Source: Lama glama
Lineage: Eukaryota
Length of the DNA stretch: 64,000 nt
NCBI GenBank assembly: GCA_028534125.1
Contig: CM052831.1
Span: 496,001 to 560,000, forward strand
Reading direction: 5' to 3'
Below the pieces are notes generated by a model. The model saw only the letters and a list, made by a program, of their open reading frames with translations. It was not told the DNA's origin and ran no database searches. A program made the position numbers and the translations under genes. Below, piece by piece: positions 23,696 through 33,814 of this stretch; position 1 is the stretch's first letter, and every line of letters starts with the position of its first letter.

Positions 23696-24519
23696 CCCCC
23701 TACACCCCCCAAACACCCATGCAATTCCCTGGCAGAGCCTGCACCTCCTTGAACAAAGATCCGAAGCCTGCAGGGGAGATGAGGGAACCTGGCCGGGCCC
23801 AGAGCGCACGTGGGGTGGGGGTGGGGCTGGGGACCCGCGGGGGCAGGAGGGCCTCTGCAGCCGCTCGTCCTTTTGCACAGCGAGCCCTGGTGTTGACATC
23901 CCCACAGGTGGTCAGGGCTCTGCGCTGGAGACGCCGCATTGCCCCAACCGACAGGAGCTTGGAGCTCAGCGGGGAGGTGGACAAGGTGAAACCCACAGTA
24001 CAGGGTCTGATGCAGAAACCGTAACACAGAGAGAAAGTGGGGGCCGGGACCAGGGGTGGGGGCTGCTGTTTCCCGCAAGGGCGCATGCCCCTGCTCCCGG
24101 GGCCTCCTACATGCAGACACAGGGCCGGGTCCTTGGCCCAGGAACCAGCATGGTCACGTCCAGGTGGCTCTTAAGGAAAAACACTTACACTTCGTACCTG
24201 ACAACATGCCTCATTAAATTTAATGGGCTGGTTATTTCCATTAAATAAACATCAACTAATTATGAAAAACATATTTGCTGAGGTTTGGTATGGAACGATG
24301 AACCAATTACATGGTTATTCAGCCTCAGAACACAAGTGGTGATGAGGTGGGGTGCAGACCATGGCGGGGAGGGCTGGTAGCGCTCTGGGTCTTGGAGGCC
24401 CCCCCAACCCACTTCCTTCCCAGGTCTTGGTGGGCCCCCAGAATGTCAGTGCCCTGGAGCACCAGTGTGGGCAGACTGGACCCAGACAGGGCCAACTTGG
24501 GCCCTGCACCAGCTAGGAC

Positions 24520-24710
24520 CCTGCAGCACAAGTGACAGACCCCCATGCAAATTGACAGGTGAGAGGAGTGCTGGCTCATGTGATGGAGAAGTCCATAATG
24601 AAGCTTCAGGCATGGCTGGATCAAGGAGCTTAGACACAGTGATTGCGACTTGGCCACTCTCTTTCCATCTCAGCCCTGCTCTCTGAGCCGTCTTCACCCT
24701 CAGGCTCCAC
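24520..24710 (-). mobile_element. MLT1 (ERVL-MaLR) LTR fragment
   Basis: ggctcatgtgatggagaagtcc...gcttcagggcatggctggatcaaggagct...tctctttccatctcagccctgct resembles the MLT1J/K-type core. Confidence 0.55.
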
Positions 24711-25479
24711 GAAGGGCCCAGGGGCCCTTGCCTTATAAGGAGTTTTTGTTTCCCTCTAGGTCCAGCTTGGGGGTGTGGGTGACAATAAATTGCCCTAGAG
24801 CTGACAAAGCATATCAGGAACATCTCAGGGGAGGCCAATAAACGTGAAGAAATGCCCCACATCCTACGACCCCGCAGGGACCTGTGAATAAAAGCACAAA
24901 CCCCTCCACACCGCCGTCCAGGGGCTGAAGTGACAGGACAGACAGCCCGGCTGTGGGCGTGCACCCAGTTAAACAGCCACCCACACGCCGATCCGGCCAG
25001 ACACCCCAGGGCATAAGCATGCGTGTCGTCTACCTGGGGCGTAGGGGGTGGTCTCCCAGCCGCACTCCTCACAGGCACAGCATTGAAGCCACCCGCTGTC
25101 CAGATGCCCACGGACAGTGAACGTGCACTGCGGGTAATCCTTACAGAAAGCACTGCCTGGAGCTCCTGTGACCGCCTGGACGCCTCTCAGACGTCTCGTA
25201 GGGCAAGAGAAGCAGGCAGAGAGGACTTCACACTCCTACCTGCTCCCAACAAACTTGCGCAAACCTGGCAGCTTGCAGCACGTGCCCGTGGCCGGGAGCC
25301 TGGGTGGAGCTGGTGCTCCGCTCAGCGTCCTGCGAGGCTGCCGTCAGGGTGTGGCCGGCTGGGCTCCCCACCCTCAGCGGGGCCAGCCAGGGAGCCTCCG
25401 GATCATTCGCTTTCGCCGCCTGTCGGGGTCACACAGCAGAGTGACTCACTGGCACCGGGCGTGTCTGCCTAGGAACCGG

Positions 25480-25833
25480 TGATTCCACTTGCGTGACTTC
25501 TAGGAGGGAGGGGGAGGTGCCCTGAGGTAGCTCTTGTGGAATGATCTCCAGGGTCGGTTAGCAGGAGAGAGGAGAGAGATGAGCACAGGATTCGGAGCAG
25601 ACGTGAGCTGGGTCTTTTGAGCAGAGACAGGCAGGAATGTCCTTGTGTCGTCTCTGCCATGACGGAGGGACCGCAGGTGGTTTGTGCTCCCAGGTGGTGA
25701 CCTGGAGGCCCAGCCAGGAGATGACTTTTCACTGGGGGTCCTTTCAGGCACCACTTGGATTTAATTTTTTTTTACCATGAACGCATATTTTAATAATTAA
25801 AAGGCCTGTTTTAATTATTAAAAAAAAAAAAAA
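25480..25833 (+). mobile_element. Probable L1ME-like 3' fragment ending in A14
   Basis: gacttttcactg...tttaccatgaacgcatattt followed by an A run at 25820-25833. Confidence 0.45.
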
Positions 25834-25944
25834 GGCCAGACCTCTTGGAAGGTGGAGGGCTCTGGAGGCAACAGCAGCTGGCACACCAGAGGGGTTGCCT
25901 CCGCCTGGCCCCTTACCTTACGGTGAGCAGTGGAAAGCGTGGAG

Positions 25945-26200
25945 GGATCAGTCACTCAACTCTGATAGGCCCAGTGAGCTGCCAGGGTTGTCTTGGCCAA
26001 CAGGTGGGGAGCACACACCCGAGACTGCACACAGGGGAAGGCATAGCCAAGAGATAGATGACAATGACATGTTTGGGCCCCTGGATCCAGCCTTGCCTGA
26101 AGCCCAGACCTCCTTGGACCTTTTGGAGAAGCAAGTCAGTGAATGTCCCACTGGATGAAGCAAAGCTAGGTTTTCACCAAGGCTGGTCCTATCCATTGTC
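25945..26200 (+). mobile_element. MLT1 (ERVL-MaLR) LTR fragment
   Basis: gatgacaatgacatgtttgggcccctggatccagccttgcctgaagcc matches the MLT1 core motif, in the opposite orientation to the 24.6 kb copy. Confidence 0.55.
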
Positions 26201-27809
26201 TGTGTCTGGTGTCTACTCTGACTGGCTGTAAAAGATTTTGAATGTCACTTCTGGTGCTTGTCCCTTGAACCAAAAAAATCCCTGCCTGCCACCCTGGAGG
26301 GAGGTCTCCAGTGAGTAGGGCTTGAGATGTGTGTTCAGACCCCAGCCCCTCACCAGCCCTCCTCTGCTGCCCACTCCATTTGGGGCCTGTGCCCAGGATG
26401 GGGTGCTGAGTGGCTGACGGCTGGCCTCCCCACAGAGGACACCAGAGAGATGCTGGCTTTGTCTCCTCCTCATACCTTCCCAGCCAGGGAAGCCATGACA
26501 CCTGTCTGGCGGAGACGTCCAGTCTGGGGTCCAGGGCCCACGAGCCCAGGGCTGCTGCTGGCCAGGGGGTGGGCTGGGGCTTCCGGGCTGCTGCCTAGAA
26601 GAGGAGGGGCCTGTCCTGGGGCTGCGAGTGAGGCCAGTGGGTGACCTCGTGAGGACAGAGGACAACATCACCTGCAGAGCACATGGTAGGTGAGGGAGGT
26701 CACGGAGGTTCCCCGCGACAAATTGGGGCGGGTTCCTCTGTGCCTTGGCTTCCTCACTGCTTGGGGGGTGGTGTTGGGGTTGAAGGAGGCTCGTGGGAGC
26801 CCCTGCCCAAGAGGCGCCACATGGTTTCTCTGATCCTCACAGTGACCCTGGGGCAGCGCTGTGTGCCCTGCAACCTGGGAAAGGGCACGTGGCTGGAGTG
26901 GAGTCCAGGGCAGGGGCTGGGACCCCGTGTTTCTGCCTCCAAAGCCTGTGCCTTCTGCATGGAGCCCCAGCTGGACGGGGTCCCTCCCAAACCAAGGAGG
27001 GTTTTCCCAGGAGGGGTGACACCAAGGGGAGCACAGGGAATTCAAGAGCCCCGCCCTGGAAATTCCAACTTCCCTCTCCATCTCCGCGCTCACCCTGAGC
27101 CTGACCGCGGGGCAGGCAGCCACCCAGTGGTGGGCGTGGGGCTGCGGCTCCAAGGCTCTGCAGGGTTCGCATCTGGGATGGAATGCTGGGCTGAGGGGCA
27201 GAGACCGGCTTTCCCCGCTGCACCCTCTGAAGTCCCTGCAAAAACCCTGGGAGGTCCCTGTGCTGCTGTCTGAAGCTGGTCCTCGGCGATGTGCTAGGCA
27301 GGAACAGACATGTATGCGTCCCACAGACCCTCCTGGACTGTCTGCCTCGGGTGCGCGTCAGGAGACGAGGCTCTGGCTCCCTGGGCTGCACGGGGCGTGG
27401 ATCTAAACAGCAGGGGTACTGGGGCGTGGGGGTGGGACTGGCCCACCTCTTATGTCAAGGAGTGGGGTGGAGTGTCCCTGAGAAGCAGACCTGAGCTCTG
27501 AGACCAGAGAAGAGGAGACGAGGGTGGGGTAGGAGGGGGCGGCAGGGCATGCCCAGGACCCCGCGGTGGCCTCTGCTGCTGGGACGAGGGCAAGGCCGGG
27601 CCCCTTGTCGCCTTCTTATTTGGCAGTAATGATCATCGCAGTGACAGGCGTCCCGGGAAGCTGTGAAGACGGCACAGGCGACACCAGGACGCCCACATCC
27701 ACACGAGGCGTGTCCCTGTCACGTGCAGTGTCCCGGTCACTGCAGTCGAGATGCAGACCCGCCCCTCCCCGCCCAGCCTCGCCCCAGAAGCCACACACCT
27801 GTTCTCCAG

Positions 27810-28960
27810 CTCCGTAATTGTGTCATTTCAGAAACGTTCAGTGAGCGGACGACACTGCTTGCGTTTTCTATGATGGTGGTGGGTGGGCTGCCGTCCTGGT
27901 CTTTTTGCTTGCTCCCCTCTTCCTGCGGGTCATTGGGCCCCACCTTTCAGACCTGCGGGGGCTGTCTCGGCCTTTGCCTCTCCGCGGCCTGCGTGTCCGT
28001 GTGCGGTGGTCCGAGGTGGCCCCTCTGCTCGCCAATCCTCGGACGGCGGTGCGTCTGTGGGGGTGGCGTCCCTCCTGCTCCCCTCTGGGTGAGGGCTCCG
28101 CCGGCTGCTCCTCCGAGCTGCCGTGCTGCTGCCACGGTCTCGCTCCTCCCTCGGTGAGGGCGCCGCGACTCCCCTCGCTCCCGGTTCCGTGGTTTTCCCG
28201 CAAGTTGCAGACCTCACGGTTGATGGCTTTCTTTGGTCTTACAAACGCCATCCCACTGCCTTCCGGCCTCCACGTTCTCTGACAAGAAAGCCACGTCGCT
28301 CACGCTGTTCTCCCTGGAAGGCAAGGAGCGTTCCTCTGCCGCTGCTTCCAAGGTGTCTTTGTCTCTGGTTTTTGGAAGTTCGAGGAGATGGCTGTTGGTT
28401 CAATTTGGGGTTCATGCTCCTTAAATCTGTAGGTTTATGTCTTTTGCTACATTTGGGGACCTTTCAGCCCCGCCTGTTTCCTCCTCTCCTCGGGGACACC
28501 TTCGAGGACACAAACGCCCCAGCAGCTCCCGAGGCTGGGTGTCCCCAGCCTGCTCTCTGGGTCTCAGGTGGGTCATTTCTACTGCTCTCCTTCATGCTCA
28601 TGGGGTCTCCTCTCTCCCCTGCTTCGCTGCAGAGATATCTTCTGCGCTTTTTATTCCGATTATAATTTAAAAAATTCTAAGGTATCCACGCGGTTCTCCT
28701 TCACACTTCCATTTCCTTGCCGAGACTGCCTGTTTTTCATTTGTCTCGAGCACATTCATAGCCGCTCATTGGAACGTCGTGTATGGTGGCTGCTTTCAAG
28801 TCCTTGCCAGGAGATTCCAGCATCATGTCACCTGCGTGTTGGCCTCTGTTGACCATGTGCTCCCAGACACAGCTGCTTGCTCTGGCGGTGACCCTGGATG
28901 GGGTCCTGCACATTTAGGGGCTGTGGGCTGAGACCCCTGGCTGCATCTCAGTCTTCCAGT
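27810..28960 (-). mobile_element. Highly diverged L1M fragment(s), antisense
   Basis: Pyrimidine-rich block with phrases such as ttccaaggtgtctttgtctctggtttttggaagtt and acatttggggacctttcagcc. Unusually GC/CpG-rich for L1. Confidence 0.45.
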
Positions 28961-31269
28961 CACAGCTGGCCACCTCTGATCCCATGTGGGTGGGCAAACA
29001 GGGGGCTGTCCGTTACCTTTGGGTGGGGGCAGGCCCAGCCTCCTGCTTTAGTTCAGTGATTTTTAGAGAGTGAGAAGGCCCGGGCTGCTTCCTCGTCCCC
29101 AGGGGTCGCATTCCTGGGGCCGTGGGGTGCAAGGGCCACTCGGCCCCACGGAGGAGGGAGAGGGTGGCCTTCCCCCAGGCCCCCGCCCTGCAGAGGGCTC
29201 TCGCTGGGACCATCGTCTGTGACCGGACTTTGAGCCCCGGGGCGACAAGCACCCTCTCTAGCCCTCCTAGGTGTAGGGTGTGCCGTGGGGGCTGGCTTTT
29301 CTCACTGCTGTATCCTGTCCCCTCAGCCCCCATCTGACTGCACGTCCACGTGCTCCTCAGGGCAGGTGCCGGCTCTTGGGTCCAGCCCGTCTCACTGTGT
29401 ACATCTGTCACCTACTTGGCCCTGCAGCCGTCCGAGTTTGCAGCCCCAGGACCAGGTGGCGCTGTGCCCTCCAGTGCCCCTGGGGAGTGTCTGTGGAGTC
29501 TGTGTTGCTACTGTGTCTTCTGTGCAGGGTAATACTGACAGTGACTTGGCTGTGTCCCCAAGGTTGGGGACTCTGAACCCAGGCAGGTCACTGCTGGCAC
29601 AGAATGGGACAGGAAGTCCAAGGAGGGCTCGCAGGTGGGGAGCGGGCTGCAGTCAGGGAGGCTTCCTGGAAGAGGGGGTAGGAGCTTGGGCCTTGAAAGA
29701 TGAAAGGTGGTGGTGGGGCACTCCTGGTCAAGCGTGGGGACAGGCCTGAGGCCTGAGGGCGTCTTTGGAGCAGAAACGCTGGGCAGCTGGGAGAGAAGGC
29801 AGGTGGTGGTCCAGGTCCTCTGCCTTCCCTGCTTTAGGCCTTCTTGTTTTGGTAACTGTGCCTGGATTTTCTCTGGAGGACCCACTCCCCGAAGCCACCC
29901 CCCCCTGGCTCTGGAGAGCTCCCTGTCCCAGACTGCCAACCCTCAGGTTCTGTCCCCTGGCCATGGCGACTGGTTCGAGGGGGCAACATAATCAGCCCAC
30001 TTCATGGGGGTCCATTCAGGGAATTTTCCTGGGCTTGTGGGAAAGAAGCACCAGGAACTGCCCAGGCTGCCAGGCACAGAGGCCGGCGTAGGCGTGAACC
30101 CAGGCGGTGCAGGCAGTGTCCACAGGTGGGAGGGAGAGGGGATGCCATGACCATGCCCCGCTGCTGCTCACCTGACCATGGCCCTGGTAGCTTCAGCCCG
30201 GGTGAGTCCTGTCTCCTGCGACCACAGCGCCGGCCTGGGGAAGTGGGGGCAGGGAGGAGGCCGCCCCCTGCAGAGGGTCTGCACCTGGACTGAGCCCCTC
30301 TCCTGCTTTGGATGATCAGACCAAAGGCTGAGTGCGGGGAGCCCCCTGTGTGTGCCCCTCCATCAGCATCACCTCACCTCTGGCCCCTGTGCAGGCCCCT
30401 CAAGCCCCTCTCCACCCAGCGGCCAGAGTGAGTTTCCCAGAATGCAACAGTGACTGTGCCCCTCCCTCTGTGTCCACAGCGGGTGTCTGTGGGCTGTGGC
30501 CGGCAGCACTGACCCCACGAGGCTGACGAGGAGGAGCCACAGCGACCCATGGCACTGCACGCTCAGGCAGCCAGTGTGCACGTGTGCGTGCGCACACACC
30601 ATGGGTGAGGGGCCGAGGTGCTCTGTGTGTGAAGCAAGCCCTGGAGGGTCTGCTGGGGAGGGTCCCACCATCTGTCCTCTGTCCTCTCTCAGGTCCCCCC
30701 AGCACAGGGTGGAGGGCTGATGCTCGAGGAGGCCTGCACACCTTCGGGGCCGAGGTGACGGGAGTCGGGGTCCAGGGGGGCAGGAGTCAGGGCCACCCTT
30801 AGGGCTGGGGTGCCAGCCTTCTGTGCCCCCCGAGCTGCCTCCTTGCCCATCACGGAGGAGTTCTGTCTTGGGGAGCAGAGAGGCAGAGGCACCCCAAGTC
30901 TACATCTGCACAAAGCCCCAAGTCACCAAAATGCAGAAGCAGCCTTGGACCGGCTCCAGAGGTGGGAACTGGAGGTTCCAAAAGACCCTCCTCCCCAGAA
31001 CCCCCTTTTGGATCCATTTCTAGGTATTGTCCCCTGCCACCCCGCATGCCGTGTGCCCTCCTGAACCGCCTGGGCAACAGAATCGAAACCCAGACAGGAA
31101 ACCCAGAAACCCAAGGAGGAGGAACCGGAGCCTGCTGACTCACTCACTTCCCTTCCGTGTGCGGAGCGCCTGAAAAGCCCCTTTGGACCCAACTGTGCCC
31201 CCCGCACGGTGCTGGGCACGGGGCCCACAACACAGGCTTCCTCAGAGCAACAAATTGGTGCTGGGGGCC

Positions 31270-31500
31270 CTGCCCCGCATCCCTGCTGGTCACCTTCTTG
31301 ATGCCTGGTTGTTCCTTCAATGCCCTGGACATGCATCTTCTTCCAAGGGTATGTGTGTTGCAAATGCCTTTTCCTAAATCCTGATTAAATCTCGATATCT
31401 CCTCTTTTGTAATTCTTAATGAACAAAAATAACCAATCTTAAGGTAGTCAAGTTGACCTGTATTATTCATTTATTTTGACGTCTGGTTGAAGAACCCCTT
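31270..31500 (-). mobile_element. Old L1 fragment, antisense
   Basis: atgtgtgttgcaaatgccttttcct...tcttaatgaacaaaaat...cttaaggtagtcaagttgacc resembles antisense L1 ORF2. Confidence 0.5.
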
Positions 31501-32019
31501 CCCTGGCCCCGGGGCCTAGAGACGCTCTGCTCCACTGCCTTCCAGCAGCCCCTCAGGCCCGGCCCACCTGGCACTGCCGGTCCCGCGTGGTGCGGAGCGG
31601 TACCTAGTCAGACTTAGGGAGGGGACCAGGGGTGATGTGCACGGAAGTCGGGGATGGGGTGGGGTGAAGGGAAGTAACGTAACCTGGAGTAAGTCTTCGG
31701 AGAGAATCCACGGGGCAGGGGGCTGCAGGGCCCAGGGGAGGGAAGGGAGTCCCAGAGGACACCAGGGATCCTGGTTGGGCGGCTGTGGGACGTGAGGGTG
31801 CCAGGTTGGCCCAGAGCCCAGCAGTCCTCCTGAGCTTCCCCGGACAGCTGAGGACGAGGGCTGGACCTCAAAGCGGAGCGCTGGCTCTGGGGGAATGTTG
31901 AGCAGAGTGAGAAGGGCCTCGAGCAGTGTCTGCCTCGGTGGCCCCACAAAGGACAGATGGGGACAGGCCTGGGGCCAACGCAGAGAGCAGGACAGGCATT
32001 TTCTCAGGCCACTGTGGTG

Positions 32020-32150
32020 GTCACATTCGTGCCTCCTCACTGCAGCTCTGCGGGGTCTCCTACGTCCTTCTCTCAGATGAGGAAAGTGAGACTGAGAGTG
32101 TGTGGGACTTGCTCACTAACCAGCCACGCCAGGAGCTGCACCCAGGTGTG
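32020..32150 (-). mobile_element. MIR SINE fragment
   Basis: cagatgaggaaagtgagactgagag...gacttgctca matches the MIR core. Similar weak cores lie near 5710, 35920, 39650, 40290, 46740 and 56600. Confidence 0.55.
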
Positions 32151-33539
32151 TGTGTGGCTCAGAAATCCAAGAGCAAGGCAGGACCTGAGGCTGGCTGTGT
32201 GTGCCTGCACGAGCGCTGTGTGTGCACGTGCTTGTGTGTGGCAGGACCACAGGCTGTGGGGCCCGGCCGCCAGGGCTAGCCTTCCGGCCCAGCCGCTGAC
32301 CAGCTGGGGAGCGTGGGAGAGTCGTGTCACCTCTCTTGCCTCAGTTTACCCGTCTGCAGAGCCCCATGTAGAGGCAGCACCAGATGAGTGCTGGTTAAGT
32401 AAGTAAGAGTTTTGAAAAAGATGCTTGCCTTCATCCCAGGACATGAATATTAAAGCCACAATGAAAATCCGTGCTCCCCAGCAGAGAGGCAAAGCCTCAA
32501 GAGGTAGGGCACTAGGTGCGCGAGGATGGGGGCTGTGGGGACCCTCCCACAGGACCGCCGGGGTGCAAATGGGGCAGCCGCTTGGGGAGGCCGCTGGCAT
32601 ATCCTCCACCAGAGCTACACACCCCTCTCCGGTGACCCTGCTGTCCATCTCTGGGTCTGCCGCCGCCACGAGCCTGCACGAGATGTCCATTCAGCTCCTT
32701 GCGCGGCCCCAAGGCGGAAGGCGTCAGTCGGCATCAGGGGGTCAGACCGCCTTGGAGGGACACCGCGGAGCACCGCTAACGGCCGGCCTGCCTGTCAGCC
32801 ACCTGGCCCGGCCCTCACCGCGCAGACCGTGTCCCCACGCCCCCAGACAAGCACAGGGGGCGACAAGCGCGAAGTCCCGGCAAGCCAGCCCCGCCGGACG
32901 CGCGGGGAGGTGGCCCGACCCACAGGAAATGGGGACCGATCAGCTCAGAAACCAGGACGAGGCTGCGTGAGGCGGGGAGGGGCCGGGGCTCCCCGGGCCT
33001 GCGGGGTGACTGCACGGCTCGCCGCAACCCCCGCGGTGCTCGCTGGGGCCCAGCCGGTCCCGCGCACAGGCCCCGGGCCCTTCGGCTGTGTCCGCGGCTC
33101 CTGCCGCCTCGCCTCCCCGCGCCCCACCCCGGGCGGCTCTCCTGGCGCCCGGGCCGCTGCGGGAGCGCAGCCACCTTGACCGCGTCCGGCCCTGCGGGCC
33201 CCGCGATCCCGCCCCGCGCGCCCCCCAGACCCGCCCCCGCCCGCCCCCAGGGCCTGCTCCCCGCCTGGTGCGCCCCTGCTCGGCCCCGCACGCCCCCAGA
33301 GGACCCTGGGCCGGGACGGCCGTCCTGGGCCGCGGCTGCGTCGGGGGCCGGACTCCGGGGCAGCTCCAGGCGGCGGAGTCGCCCTTTGAAGCGCCCGGTG
33401 GGCCCGGGCGGGCGGCGGGGACCGAGCGCCCCCTGGAGGCCGCCTCCCGCCCCGCCCCGCCCCGCGCAGGCCCCGCCCCCGCGCAGGCCCCGCCCCGGCC
33501 CGGCCCGGCCGGACGGCGCATGCGCGCGGCGCTCCGCGG

Positions 33540-33746
33540 GCGGCGAGAGCGAGGCCGGTCCGCATCCGCGCGGCTGGCGCCCCATTCATGCTGGGCAGCG
33601 GCGGCGGCCACGCAGCGGAGCCCGGGCGCGGCGGCCTCGGCCTGGGCGGCCTGCGCGGCTTCGGCGGCCCCGCGGCGGGGCGGGGCGGGCAGCGGCGCGG
33701 GCGGCGGGCGGCGATGGCCGGCGGCGGGCGCGCCCCGGGGCAGCCT
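33540..33746 (+). other. PLXNA1: PLXNA1 first (leader) exon; 5' end not determinable from sequence
   Basis: Consensus donor CCT|gtgagt at 33747, inside the CpG island just downstream of the GC-box cluster. The start is an estimate. Confidence 0.7.
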
Positions 33747-33781
33747 GTGAGTAGGGGCGCAACTTTCCCCGCGGCGGGGCG

Positions 33782-33814
33782 GGCGGGGGTCCGGCGGGGG
33801 TCCGGCGGGGGTCC
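33782..33814 (+). repeat. Tandem repeat (GGCGGGGGTCC)x3
   Basis: Three perfect 11-mers at the start of PLXNA1 intron 1. Confidence 0.9.
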
